Notes: generated by a model from the letters alone, not told the origin. A DNA stretch of 64,000 bases from Lama guanicoe (GCA_013239625.1 MU053810.1:1001320-1065319), one strand, 5' to 3'; numbered from the stretch's first letter, positions 14,915-29,372 are shown. Numbers and translations: made by a program.

Positions 14915-15655
14915 AGAACAGCCCTACACTGGTGGTGGGAATGTAATTCCGTGTAGCCACGTGGAAAACAGTATGGAGATTCTTTTAAAAACTAATAATA
15001 GACTTAAGACACGATCCAGCAATCCCACTCCTGGGCGTATGTCCAGAGGAAACTCTAATTTGAAAAGATACATGCACCCCAATAGTCATAGCAGCACTAT
15101 TTACAATAGCCAAGGCATGCAAGCAACCCAAATGTCCACTGACAGATGACTGGATAAGGAAGATGTGTGTGTATATATATATGTATACACACACATAATG
15201 GAATACTACTCAGCCATTAAAAATGAAATAATGCCATATGCAGCAACATGGATGGACCTGGAGATAATCATACTAAGTGAAGTAAGCCAGAAAGAGAAAG
15301 ACAAATACCGTATGATATCACTTACATGTGGAATCTAAAAAAATGACACAAATAAACTTATTTACAAAACAAAAGTAGACTCACAGACACTGAAAACAAA
15401 CTTATGGTTACCAAAGGGGAAAGGAGAAGGGAGGGATAAATCGGGAGTTTGGGATTTGAAGATACAAACTACTATATACAGAATAAAGAACAAGGTCCTA
15501 TTATGTAGCCCAGGGAACTATATTCAGTATCTTATAGTAACCTATAATGAAAAAGAATAGGAAAAAAATATATATATGTCTAACTATCACTATGCTGTAC
15601 ACCAGAGACTGACACAACATTGTAGATTGACTATACTTCAGTGAAAAAAATAAAT
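14915..15655 (+). mobile_element. Younger L1 3' end nested in older L1
   Basis: ORF2 C-terminal and 3' UTR motifs (ccagcaatcccactcctggg, atggatggacctggag) ending in an A-rich tail. Confidence 0.88.
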
Positions 15656-17919
15656 AAAGGACGTATACAAAACCCTACAGCTAACATCATACTTAATGAT
15701 AAAAGAATGAGTGCTTTGCCCCTCAGACTGAGAACCAGGCAAGGATGTCCACTCTTACCCACTTTTATCTAGCCATCTATTGGAAGTCAGCCAGTGCAGG
15801 AAGTCAGGACATGTAAGTAAAGGCATACAGTTGGAACAGGAAATAATAAATCTGTGCCTGTTTGCAGATAACATAATTGTTTATACATAGAATTTATTTT
15901 TAAAAAACTTTTGGAACTAGTAAATGGGTTTATTATAGTAACTGTATATAAGATCAATATAAAATCAACTGTGTTTCTATGTAGTGGCAATGAATAATTG
16001 GAAACAATAGAAAAATGGAACCATTTGTAATACAATCAGCATAAAATCTTACATATAAATCTAACAAAATACATGCTGCCTCTGTATTCTGAAAACTACA
16101 AAACGTGATGGAGGGCATCAAGAAGACTTGACTAAATGAGATACTGATGGATTTGCAGATCATGGCTCTATGTTTGTCAAAAGTCATAGAAATAAATATG
16201 CAAAAGTATAATTTTATTGTTTACAAATTTAAAAAGAAATTTTAAAAAGAAACAGTAACTTTTTATAATTGGAAAAATTCTGATAATGAGGAAGCTACCA
16301 CACAAATTATTAAGTGTAGTATTATTTTTGGGGAAAAAAATCTAACTTTTTCTATTTGCTCGTTATTATAGAAATATAAACAACTCTGTAAAAGTTCTAG
16401 ATACAGGTATTTTTATGGTTTCTGAATATTTTCAAGTTGGACGATACAACTAAATTCTTTTTAAATATGAAAGAAACATTTTAGATTATTTTCACACTTT
16501 CAAACAGTATCATTCTAACTACGGCCCTTCCCAAGATATGGGCATTTACTGCACACTTATTGAAAGGAAGATCTGTTTAGACTTTACGAAAGTAGCAAAT
16601 ATGAAAAAAAAGGTCAAAGTTTGTGACGGAATAAATAAGAATGTGCTTAATCACCGAGTCTTAAATAACATTGATTCTTGAATAGATTACTTACTATTTT
16701 TTTAACAAAGATTGCATGCTGTGCCTCATAATTAGAATATTATGAGTGTTCTGTAAATATTTTTAGATTGATTTGCCAGGACTTTGCCTTTGTCTCATTT
16801 ATAATGTTTCCAAATATACAAATTATCGCTTAATGGGAACCTGAATAATGGATATATGTTATCCAGTGAAGTAAGTGAGGACCTTTTTACCTTTTTTTTT
16901 TAGTCGTATTAACTTCTAGCTACCTTTTAAGATCGAATGACTATTCACTGAAATCCATTACCAATTTAAGAGAATGATAAAAAAATTGTCAAAAGCCCTT
17001 GGAGTCAAAAGTGGATGTCAGTGACATCTTTGGTGCAGTGGCCTCCACCATGTGAGAGGGTCTGACCAACTTCACATAACTTGTTTCCACAAGATAAGCT
17101 CTGAAGGATGACAGGCTCAACATGTGTGGCTTCATGGGTGGAGAGACCTTGCCGTTTTGGGCAAAGTTTCATCTTGCTGATCGTGCATCATTGATGGGGA
17201 ATTTTAAAATGCTAAAGGTAATTTTCTACAGCTGGATTGTGGTGCAAGGTAAGATTGGGGGGGATGAGGAGGGAGAGAAAATGAATATGACTATAAATAG
17301 GACATCTTTAAATAGCTTTGAGCGCTGGGATTGAATGCATTAAAATAAAAAGCTGCCCAGGAGTTTACTTGATTGACAACTTATACCCCCCCCATGCCTC
17401 TGTTTTTATGGTTGTAAATTCCAGCTCGAGGAGGGCCAAAGGTAGTAAAAATGGTTAACATTGCTGAAAGATACTTAATACCAACTGACACAAACTAAAG
17501 TTTAAGTTCCACGTAATTTGATACTTGATTATTTTGCTTTTTTTGTTTATAGTACTTTTGTGGGGTCTTGTATAGTGAAAAATTAGAGATAACATACAAC
17601 ATTTAATTGAACTTTGGCAAATATTTAATTACGCAGCTCTAGGGGCAGGAGATTTGTAGCCATGATATGAATCTATAAAAACTACAGTTTTAATTATTTC
17701 ATGATAATTATTACTGTGTAGTCTCAGCTTCATTTATTGCCCACGTATTTGCATCTGCAGTTTTATTTTCAGTGGGTCTTACATTTAGGGGGCTTCGCAT
17801 ATTCAGCATTTGTAGCTCCCATTATAAGAAACCACATTCTGGGTACTATTTGTATATCATTTTCATAACCAAAAGCTTCCATTTTATTTCCAGTAATAAT
17901 GTAAATTGGTCTTAGGTCA

Positions 17920-19400
17920 TTTATTTTTTTCATTCGTTAACAAGTATGTATTGGGCACCTGTGTTATGTCAAGAATTTTTCTAGACACTAGGGAGACAGC
18001 AGTGAGAAAACAGTGATCCCTGAGTAAATGGAGCTGACTTATTAGTCAGAAAGAGATACTAAGCAAGTAATTTAAAAAATGTATTTTATGTCAGGTAGTG
18101 ATAGTGCTATTGGTACAATAAAGCAGAAACTGAGATAAGAGTCCCACAGGGGAGGCGGGGATGAAGTTTTAAATAGAGTGGTCAGGCATGGTCATGTGGA
18201 GAATCTATTTTCTGAGTGAAAGAAAAAAACAGAACAAAATAAAAAACCCGAGGAGTTGCGGGGTCAAGCCACGTGTTTATTGGAAGGTGCTGTAAATGCT
18301 GAGGTCTTGAGGCAAGAGGAAGCCTGGTTTGTATGAGGAAGTTCATGGGAAGGACTTTTGCATTTATTTCTTGGAGGACGGACGCCCATGTGAGCAGAGG
18401 GGGACGAGAGCTGACTCACTGCTGGATTTAGCTTCAAGGTGTTCTTCTTGTCATCCTTTCTTTATATGGGCAGCTAAATGACAGGATGTGAGATCAATCT
18501 TTTTTCATGCCTAACAAAAACTCTTACATCTATTAATTTCCTTCCAAGCACTGTTGTAGTTAAATGGTATCAATTTTAGTAAGTTACACTTTCATCTTCA
18601 TTCAGATCAAAATACCTGGCCATTTCAGAGTCTGTTTTATTTAAATGTGTAATTTGATCTCCAAATACATGTGGATTTCTCAGATATGTCACTCAATTTT
18701 ATTTTGGTCTGAGGATTTTAAGGTTCATAATGGGGCAAAATAAGAAGTTTTTGCTATAACTCAGAAAGACTGATGTTCCCTGGACTCAGAATTGGTAGTA
18801 GCAGTGGAGGAGGTAGGATGTAGTGGGATTCTGGATGTGTTTTATAAATCAAGCAAAAATTTGCTTAAGGACAGTATGTTCAGTGAGAGATGAGTCATGG
18901 ATGACTCCAGATTTCTTGACTGAACTAGAAAGATGGAGTTGTCATGGGTGGAGATGGGGAACGTGTGGGAGGAGAAGTTTCGGCAGAGAAAATCAGAAGT
19001 TTAGTTTTCGGCATATTTCTTTTGAGATGCATGTCATTTATCCAAAGAGGGGTGGCCAAGTCAGCGACAGGGTATCTGTGTCAGAGTCCAGGGAAAGGTC
19101 TGAATTTTATGAGTCACTGGCTTTTAGGAAATGTTTTAAAGGCATGAGACTAGGCAATATTAACAAGATTGTGAGTATAGAGAGGAGATCCAAGGACTGG
19201 GCTCTGGGGAACCCTGCGGTTACCTCGTGTAACGTTGGGGAGATGAGGGAAAACCAGCAAAGGAGACAGAATGAGCAGCTAGTCATTCAAAAGGAAAACT
19301 GGGGAAGGTTAGGTATCAGAGGAAATAGGAAAACATTTCGAGGAAAAAGGAGTGATCACCTATGTCAATATTCCTATGTCAGGTGTGTTAGGAAGGAAAA
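17920..19400 (+). mobile_element. L2 fragments, interrupted by a short L1-like piece (about 18490-18710)
   Basis: cattcgttaacaagtatgtattgggcacct...ctagacactagggagacagcagtg; later gatgactccagatttct...agtttagttttcggcat..tttgagatgc. Confidence 0.7.
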
Positions 19401-19770
19401 ACAAAATAACTAGATTTAACAGTAGAGTGGTAAGGATTTAAAAAAAAAGGAATAAAGACCTGATATATATTGCATCAACCTGAATGAACTTTGAAAGCAT
19501 TCTGCCAAGTAAAAGAAATCCAAAGCACAAGGCTGTGTGATGTGTGCTGCCATTTATATGAAATGTCGAGAGTAGGCAAATCCAGAGAGACAGGAAACAG
19601 GCTAGTGGTTGCCAGAAGCTGGGGAGGAGGAGGGAAGGGGGAGAGCCTGCTAGTCCTCAGCTGAGGGGTGGCGGAGGTGGTTTGACATCAAGGTTCTCCC
19701 TCATGAGCATCAATAAGAAAAACATCAAGAAGTTAAGAGGCAAGATGGAAGCGAATATTGAAATGACAAA

Positions 19771-19915
19771 GGGGTGAGGGGATAGTTCAGTGGTAGAGCA
19801 CGTACTTAGCATGCACTAGGTCCTGAGTTCCATCCCCAGTACCTCTTAAAGAAAATAAATAAGTAAATCTAATTACCAAGCCCCCCCCCCCAGATCAACA
19901 ACAACAACAAAAAAG
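19771..19915 (+). mobile_element. tRNA-derived SINE (vic-1-like)
   Basis: ggggatagttcagtggtagagc (A box), gagttccatcccc (B box), aattacc tail and (CAA)n/A-rich end. Confidence 0.88.
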
Positions 19916-20498
19916 AAATAGGGAAGAGTGACATTGATCCAAGGGCTTGATTCCTTGGGGATTGGGGGCTGGATGTCTGTGGATGACTGCAACAAGTGGG
20001 CACACAGGTATCATGTGATGCCAAGGAGTCAAAGCTCAGGTATTTAGGGAAATGTGAGTGAGAATTACTTGGGTGGTGGGTGGTGGCCACAGGGACAAGA
20101 AGGATGCATCGTTCACCTTCACGTCCTGTGTTTGGAGGGCTGTAGTGGGGAAAGTAGGTCCAGGGCACACTCAGCTTCTAGTTAAGGAAGATTCCATATG
20201 TTATATTTGACACATGTACAAATATCCATCGGATCGTGGGCCGACTGTTTCCGTGTTAGGGCATGTTACTTCTTTCAGTGGAGACATGGAGAATTTGGTT
20301 GAGGGGCTTGGCAATTACCACAGAGATCTGATTAAAATCCAGAAGCACTGGCCTGGTTGTTTTATTCATTCTCTCTGTCTTGGAATCTATGTTGGTTTCT
20401 CTGTGTAATGAGTCTCCGTAAGGGGTGAGGAGTTGGGTGGTGTGTGCGTTGTAGAACAAATGCTGACATTTTGAGAAATACAGGATTCTTTCTAGTGA

Positions 20499-20648
<150 letters not shown>

Positions 20649-21248
20649 TAAATTGAGGTGCCTGCCTGCCTTGTTAGTGTTAGGCCTTCTGTGAGACTTA
20701 GACCCCTAAGAGGAATATCAGACCACTAATAGAAATATTCACTTGACAAACTGTTGTTAGCTATGTCCTAGTGTTAGCTAAAGTGTCATTGGAAGTCCAT
20801 GATCTAGTCTAAAAATTAAAGATCATAAATATATCAATTTAAGGTCATGTTGTTTTGTAGAACAATTCCATTAAAGATCTTGGAATTATATACAATGAGT
20901 CTTTTTTAAAATTTCAATGTGATTATGAATAGCAAGTGATTTAAGTAACTGAATTCCATAAAGTGGGTAGGGTCAGATAGTATGCCATTTAGAAAAACAC
21001 AGCTGAAGCCGTGGTCTAAGAAAAAGTGGAAACCTCTTCCTTTTTTTTTTTTTTTTAAATGGTAATGGTTCTCACTAATAGGATGTCCATCTTGATCAAC
21101 TGAATAACTTTTAAAAAATAGAGTACACGCTAAGGCTCATTGGTTCACAATTTCCAAATATGCATTAGTGTGTGTGTGTGTTTAAGCCTTGATTGCAACT
21201 ATAACCATGATTGCAACTATAACCTAGTGGGCTCTGATAATCCACTAG

Positions 21249-21464
<216 letters not shown>

Positions 21465-21699
21465 TAGTGGTTGCTCTAGAATTTGGGAAATGCATTTACA
21501 ACGAATCCAAGTTCATTTTCAAATAACTTGGTACTTCATGGGTGGTGCGAGTGCTGCGCTGAAATCAAACACTCCTAATTCTTCCCTCCTTTCCCTCGTA
21601 TTATTGCTGTCATTCATTTCACTTATTAAACTACAATTATCAAATACACTAAGAGTACTACTGTTTTGAATAGATTTCATTTTTTTTTGTATCGGCTAA

Positions 21700-22490
21700 G
21701 CAAGTTGAAAAGAAAAAGTTTTATTTTCATTCCTTCTCTAATACTATTTCTTTATGTAGATCTGAGGGTTTAAAATTTTTTTTAATGTTTTTATTTTTAG
21801 AGGGGAGGTAATTAGGCTCCTTTACTGGTTATTAATGGTGGTGATGGGGATTGAACCCAAGGCCTCTTGTATGCTAAGCAAACGCTCTCTACCCCTGAGC
21901 TATACCCTCCACCCCTACAGAGCTGAGTTTCTGAGCTATATCATCTTCCTTCTCTCCGAAGAATGCCTTTTATCATTACCTGCAAAGCAGATCAACTGGC
22001 AGTAAATTCCCTTAGTTTTTATTTGTCTGAGAAAGTGTATCTCCTTCATTTTTGAAGGGTAATTTTGCTGAATATCAAATTTGAGGTTGAGTTTGTTGGG
22101 TTTTTTTTCTTCTTGTGATACTTTTAAGTATTTTACTCCACTCTCTCCTTGCTTACATGATTTCTGAAGGGAAGTCCAATGCTATTCTTACCAGTGTTCC
22201 TCTGTAGGTAAGATGTTTTTCCTTCCTGGCATATTTCAAGATTTTGTCTTGTCTTTGTCTGCAGTTTTGGATATATGCTTGGGTGTAGTTTTTTTTGACA
22301 TTTATCCTGCTTGGTGTTTTCTGAGCTCCCAGGATCTGTGGTTTGGTGTCTGATACTAATTTGGGGGAAGAGTCTCAGTTCGTTATTACTTCAAATATGA
22401 CTTCTCTTCCTTTCTGTCTTCCTTCTCCTTCTCAAATCCCTGTAATATGCGTATGTCACACTTTCTGTTGTTTTCCCGCAGTTCTTGGAT
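21700..22490 (-). mobile_element. Old L1 fragment containing a SINE
   Basis: T-rich + strand with L1-like motifs (aaattcccttagttttt..tgtctgagaaagt, tttctgaagggaagtc). Confidence 0.65.
21780..21915 (-). mobile_element. tRNA-derived SINE (vic-1-like)
   Basis: gggggaggtaattagg...ggggattgaaccc...ctctacccctgagctatacc. Confidence 0.87.
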
Positions 22491-22853
22491 TTTCATCAAA
22501 AGGGAAAAGAATTCTGGGAAGAAAGACGAGGAATTTTTGATTAAAGAAAGATTGCATTGTAACATTTAAAAGAAAATAATCATTTGGTTGCATAGAGATT
22601 TTTATATCAATAGATTTCTTTTTATAAGAATATTGAATTTTCATATTGAGGGTATGATCAAACTCTGATTTAAGGAATTAGGAGGAGACTTCAGTGCATT
22701 TTAGAAATTAAAGACAGAAATAAAAACCTATAATCTGTAGTTGATGTGAGCATTTTAAAACACCCTGTCCTTTTAAATAAAATATATGTGTTTCAAGATT
22801 GATTTTGGAAACTCCAGAAATACAGTAATTTTGTTCAAACACGCAGCAGGTGA

Positions 22854-23075
<222 letters not shown>

Positions 23076-24002
23076 TAATTTCAAATTCACTGAATAGATG
23101 AAATTTCGATTCTTGGTAATATGTGTGTAGGCTGTAGGCATTCTTTAACTTGACTTACTACCTTTAAAAAGAAATGTTTAGGAGACATTGTCATGTGCAA
23201 AAGTCACTGTGATCATTTTCACAATGTTGTTTCATAAAATAACTTTTTCCATATATGTTGTACTGTTGAAACTTCAAGCATCTTTCAGTTGTCACCTGTG
23301 CCATATAAACCAAGCCCGTTGAGTTTCTATGCAATTTGAAATGTTCTGTAATTCCAACTCCTTCTTCAACAAAGGCATAGTAAAAATAATCTGGAATAAT
23401 TCTATTGAGCTTATATTATGGTTAAAGATGCTTTAAAAATATATATGATCTTACAATAATGGCTTTTCACATGGTAGATTAATTAATATTCATTAAATGT
23501 TGAATGAATTATTATCCTAAGCTCAAGTAGGAATTTGTGTTACAAATCTTCTAATACTAAGGATTACTTTAATCTATGCTGAACATCATCGATGGATTTT
23601 AAGTTTCAATATGTATAAATGGAGTTATGGATTATTGAAAGTGAGCAACTCATTGCTCTGGTGGCTTTGGGGCTGCACAAGAAAAGAGTGAAAACAAATT
23701 GCCTTCAGATAGCTCCTCATATAATAAGAGTATGTTATTGAGAGTCCATCTCCCATGTTATAAGAAGAGAAGAAGTTAATCAGGGAAAACTGATCTAGTG
23801 TGTTAGTCAGAACCAACTGGGTATACATCTTAGTGTTGACTGATGTTTGATCCATTAGTTTACTCAATATTCTGCAAGGCAGTGTCCAGTCTTGCAGTGT
23901 CCAGTCTTTTCTGACATTATTTGCTGTGCTTGATATAGGTAACTCATTGGTCACCAATGTAAAATCTGCATCAAAGTACATTTAAGTTACAAGTTGGTAT
24001 AT

Positions 24003-24444
24003 TTTTCTTTTTTTTTTAAATTTATTGAAATATAGTCAGTTACAGTGTATCAACTTCTGTGAACAGCATGTTTCAGTCATACATATATATATTCATTTTC
24101 ATATTCTTTTTCATTATAGGCTGTTACAAGATATTGAATATAGTTCCCTGTGCTATACAGAAGAAATTTGATTTTTTATCTATTTTATATATTTATTTAT
24201 ATTTATATTTTATATATTTATTTAGTTAGTTAATCTTAACAATTCTTGAATTCCCAATTTATCCCTTCCTACTCCATTTCTCCTGGAAGCCATAGATTTG
24301 TTTACTATGTCAGTGATTCTGTTTCTGTTTTGTAGATAAGTTTACTAGTGTCTTCTTTTTTCATTTTGTTTTTGTTTTTTTTTTAAGATTCCACATATGA
24401 GTGATATCATAGGGTATTTTTCTTTCTCTTTTTGGCTTACTTTA
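24003..24444 (-). mobile_element. L1 3' end
   Basis: tttattgaaatatagtcagttac...gttccctgtgctatacag...agattccacatatgagtgatatc; TSD approximately acaagttg(g)atat. Confidence 0.85.
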
Positions 24445-24598
24445 ACAAGTTGATATTTTATCACCAACTTAAAAGGACTCCAAACCTATCATTTAAAACA
24501 TTAGCTCTTGATGAAAATGATCATTTACATATTCCATGAGTAGAATAAAGAAAACAACCCTTAGGATATATGCAGATGAATCAAGAAATACCTAATGA

Positions 24599-26003
24599 AT
24601 ATAGAGCCCAGAAATGAACCCACAAACTTTTGGTCAACTAATCTTCAGCAAAGGAGGCAAGAATATACAATGGAATAAAGACAGTCTCTTCAGCAAATGG
24701 TGTTGGGAAAACTGGATGGCAGCATGTAAATCAGTGAAACTAGAACACTCCCTTACACCATACACAATAATAAACTCAAAATGGATCAAAGACTTAAACG
24801 TAAGACAAGATACAATATACTTCCTAGAAGAAAATATAGGCAAAACATTATCTGACATACATCTCAGAAATGTTCTCCTAGGACAGTCTACCCAAGCAAT
24901 AGAAATAAAAGCAAAAATAAAATGGGCCCAATGAAACTTACAAGCTTCTGCACAGCAAAGGAAACCATAAGTAAAACAAAAAGACAACCTACAGAATGGG
25001 AAAAAATTTTTGCAAATGAAACTGACAAAGGCTTGATTTCCAGAATATATAAGCAGCTCATATGACTTAATAAGATAAGAAACAAACAACCCAATCCAAA
25101 AATGAGCAAAAGACCTAAACAAGCAATTCTCCAAGGAAGACACACAAATGATCTATAGGCACATGAAAAAATGTTCAATATCACTAGTTATCAGAGAAAT
25201 GCAAATCAAAACTACAATGAGGTATCACCTCCCACCAGCCAGAATGGCCATCATTAAAAAATCCACAAATGACAAATGCAAGCTGTGGAGAAAAGGGAAC
25301 CTTCCTACACTGCTGGTGGGAATGCAGTTTGGTGCAGCCACTGTGGAAAACAGTATGGAGATTCCTCAAAAGACTAGGAATAGACTTATCATATGACCCA
25401 GGAATCCCGCTCCTGGGCATATATCCAGAAGGAACCCTGCTTTAGAATGACACCTGCACCCCAGTGTTCCTAGCAGCACTATTTACAACAGCCAAGACAT
25501 GGAAACGGCCTAAATGTCCACCAACAGATGACTGGATAAAGAAGTGGTATATTTATACAATGGAATACTATTCAGCCATATAAAATGACGCCATTTACAG
25601 CAACCATGGATGCTCCTGGAGAATGTCATTCTAAGTGAATTAAGCCAGAAAGAGAAAGAAAAATACCATATGAGATCGCTCATATATGGAATAAAAAAAA
25701 CACAAAATATAAATACAAAACAAAGAGACTCATAGACAGAATACAAACTTGTGGTTGCCAAGGGGGCAGGGGGTGGGAAGGGACAGACTGGGATTTCAAA
25801 ATGTAGAATAGATAAACAAGATGATACTGTATAGCACAGGGAAATATATATAAGCTCACAGAGAAAAAAATGTGACAATGATGTATGTTCATGTATAACT
25901 GAAAAATTGTGCTCTACACTGGAATTTGACACAACATTGTAAAATGACTATAACTCAATAAAAAAAGTTAAAAAAAAGTTATGTTTACACTATACCATAA
26001 AAA
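24599..26003 (+). mobile_element. Young 5'-truncated L1 (about 1.4 kb; ORF2 C-terminus plus 3' UTR)
   Basis: ORF2 peptides ([27 protein letters not shown]), frame-disrupted; perfect 16-bp TSD aagaaatacctaatga at 24583 and 26004. Confidence 0.95.
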
Positions 26004-28269
26004 AAGAAATACCTAATGAGAATGCGTAGGGTCATTTTCTTTATTTTCACTGTACTTTAGAACTTGAGAAGTAGAAAACATAGGTGAAAGACAAGTGGTT
26101 AAAAAAGAAATCGAAACTTTTAAAGGCAGCCGCACTTGTTGTTTGCCATCTGAGTAACTATTCTTTGATGAAGTCTCTGCCCATCATCTGTAAGATAATA
26201 ATCATAGCAACAGTCTATCTCTTTCCTGAGGACAGTTTCCACATCACTGAGCCAAGGGTAGTGGGGTTCCCAGCTTGTGGTGCCTTTAACATATTTTTAA
26301 GATACCCACTGGCAAATAAATAGGAAGAACACATAGTTGGGATGGAAGGAAATTGCCTTAGAAAGTATCTTTTCCTTGTATGATACAAGGTTTCAAGTTA
26401 TAAAAAGCTTTCCTTGAAGGAAGGTTTTTGCCAGAGTACATGGTCCTCTCCCCACATGCAATTTAAAAGTAGGTTAAAAAAAGCCCCTTGGATTTGATGC
26501 CTGTGATTTTTTCACTGGAAGAGGGAAGGATGAGCAGGGATCTGCAAGAGGTCTAGTGATAAATATTGTTTCTTGAAAGGTAAAAAGGCATTATTGATCC
26601 TGGTCTAGGGGAGTAAAGATACTTAATTAATTTTGATTGATTTATTGATTTTAAGTTAATAGAAAATTAGAACATCATTTGAAAGATTTTTTCCGAGCTG
26701 AGAGGTTTTTTTACATTGGCATTTGTTGAAAGTAACTAGATAAGAGTCTGAGAGTAAGGGTAAAAATAAAATAAAAGCTGATTTCATTTAGTTGGCTGTA
26801 AATCCTTTTTCCTTTTCATTGTTTGTAGATGGGAAAAGGTGGTAGAAAAATCTGGATTTCATACGCAATATTCCACTGATTGGTGTATGAAAAGCCATTT
26901 GAATTTAGAAAGAACACTGCTCAGTTAAAAAAAAATGTAAATGCATTCGTCCAGTAGAACAGAGGGGAATCAATTAGTGTGAAAAAAGAACACAAGAGCT
27001 GTAAATTATTCTCATAAAATGAAAGTGAGGGGACGTGATGTATGCAACTTACCAGGCAGTATCACTAAAAGCATCTGTGGAGGATGTTAAATGCCTCGAT
27101 GCTAAATAACTGAATTGCATAAAACTTACTGAGAAAATTTTGCTTCATTTCTCAGCTTTTTATTACTTCATTTCCTTGTGATGTGACCTAGGAGTGATTC
27201 GTGGAAATACATCCACAATGTGTGTTTCCTTTTCTTGTGGAAGTCTTCACCGTTGATATGAATAAGAGATGAAATGAAGTACATTTTAATTTGTTTAGAT
27301 GATCTCCTGAAATATTTAAGACTTGGAAATTGGAGTACATAATAGAGAGTAAAGGACTAAGTTAATAATAGACTCATTTAAAAAAAATCTTGCTTATGAA
27401 TGAAATAAGTGAAACTGAGTGAGGAGATAAAGGCTTATGAGAGTGAAAAAGCATATGTCATGTGTCATTTGAATTAACAACTAGATGCCACCTTCCAGTG
27501 CTGCTTCCTCTCTCACAGGAGGACACAGAGGTATTCTCAGAGCTCAGCCTGAGACATGTTGATGCCCCACTCTGCACTTTCACTCTATGGATACATGGAA
27601 AAGCAATGCAGCCCATGGGTGCATATTGTGAACAGTCTGGTCTGTCTTTACCAGGGAAATGTCACATTAACTTGAATGTTTCATAAAGTCTAAAGAAAAA
27701 TAGGATTATTTCAGATGATAAAAGCATAGTCATAAATTATAAAGCCCAGTACCACAGACAGATTTGTGAAGTATGTTATGGACTTTTATCAAGTATCCGA
27801 CCTCACAGTATATAGTAACATGATTTTGCATACACTTTGCTACCTGGAAGATGATCATTATACAAATGCATGACATAACATGCTTTCGAAGACATGAAAA
27901 GGTCTTTGATTGAATGACTGGAGAGTCAAATAGAAGTATAATCTCCAGAAAACAACTATTATTGGGAAATTGGAATGAATTCTTCCATAGGAAAAATATA
28001 TAAACTCAGATTGTGCAGAAAATGTATTTGGTAACTTTTTTTTACTTTCACATTAAATATTTTCCTGCCGTTTTTTTCTTTTTTAATATCATGGTAGTAT
28101 TGCAAAATGCAGTAACATCAGTGGGATCAACATTTAAATAGCTGGTAATTGCTAATTAATTGTTATTTAGAATTTATTTTTGCAGTGCAGTATTTTATTT
28201 AAGATCCCATTCAAATTTTTGTTTTGTCCTTACTCTCCATCATAAAAAAGCAGTATTATGTAGACATGC

Positions 28270-28600
28270 TTTATTTCCTGAGTTTAGACTTAATTTTTAT
28301 AGAGCAGTTTTAGATTCAAAACAAAATCAAGAAAAAAATACAGAGATTTTTCCATATACCCCCTGCCCCACACATGCACAGCCTCCTTCATTGTCAACAT
28401 CCTCCAGCATCGTGGTACCCATGTTAACAATTGATGAACCTATGTTGGCATTATCCGTATCACTCAAAGTGTCTAGTTTACATTTACAGTTCACTCTTGG
28501 TGTTGCAAATTGGTGGACAAATGTATAATGACACGTATCCATCATTTAAATATCTTTTAAAGAGTATTTCTGCTGCCCTAAAAACCCTCTGTGCTCTATC
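28270..28600 (-). mobile_element. Old L1 (L1MC/ME-like) 3' fragment
   Basis: gagcagttttagattc...cccacacatgcacagcctcc...acaattgatgaacct...acaaatgtataatgac. Confidence 0.7.
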
Positions 28601-28751
28601 TTTTCTTCTCCACCCCCCGTTCTCCAGTTTATTTTTCCTTTAAAATATTACACATCTTTTAACCAACACTTGAAATTTCTTAGTACTTAATATCATACAG
28701 GTAGCGTAAATGTAATGAAATGCAGTTAAGAGAGCAGATATAAATATGTGA

Positions 28752-28871
<120 letters not shown>

Positions 28872-29179
28872 TAAAAGCAAAAAACAAGTATTTTTATCCC
28901 AAGTTTAATATTTTTAGCCTTGCAGTAGTGAATGTATCACCCATTGCTAAATTTAAATTAGCATTTTAATTAGGGATGTAGACCTGTGTATTTGGGGAGA
29001 GCAATTACCTACTTCTTTTCATCGTGCCTAGCCCTACTCAGGTCAAGTTTTCCTGAGTGGAGGAGCAACAGTGTGACTACTGTTGTTTAGAGCTTCCTCA
29101 TCTTCCGTGGGCTTCCCTCCCTAGCACCCCCAACACCGTGCAGTGCAACCAGGGAAGCCAATTGCATTATGAAGGAGAT

Positions 29180-29372
29180 TTTTTGGGGGGTTTTTGTTTT
29201 TGTTTTTTTGGTCTTTTTTAGATTCCACATATGAGCGATCTCATATGGTATTTTTCTATCTCTTTCTGGCTTACTTCACTTAGAATGACATTCTCCAGGA
29301 ACATCCATGTTGCTGCAAATGGCGTTATGTTGTCCTTTTTTATGGCTGAATAGTATTTATGGTTTTTTTTTA
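29180..29372 (-). mobile_element. Short young L1 fragment lacking the normal 3' end
   Basis: About 140 nt closely matching the L1 3' UTR at 25560-25695; flanked by gaaggagat direct repeats. Confidence 0.8.

Larger units (their letters stand above)
11900..16230 (+). mobile_element. Old fragmented L1 (ORF2 remnants) with nested insertions
   Basis: A-rich sense strand with ORF2 motifs (endonuclease region; ctcagtagatgcagaaaaagcatttgacaaaattcaac; ttgcagataacat); interrupted by two LTRs and a young L1. Confidence 0.85.

Noticed and set aside
18823..19413. Longest ORF in the track (196 aa)
   Set aside because: Lies within a degenerate L2 element, has a non-ATG start and no recognisable protein motifs.
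19771..19850. tRNA-like sequences here and at about 7950, 21850 and 34690
   Set aside because: They share a non-tRNA 3' tail, A-rich ends and in one case a clear TSD, so they are SINEs rather than tRNA genes.
23625..23981. 118-aa minus-strand ORF
   Set aside because: No motif or splice support; its repeated DWTL comes from the 15-bp tandem duplication.
24614..25420. Cluster of ORFs on both strands
   Set aside because: Broken L1 ORF2 fragments and their antisense frames, not host genes.
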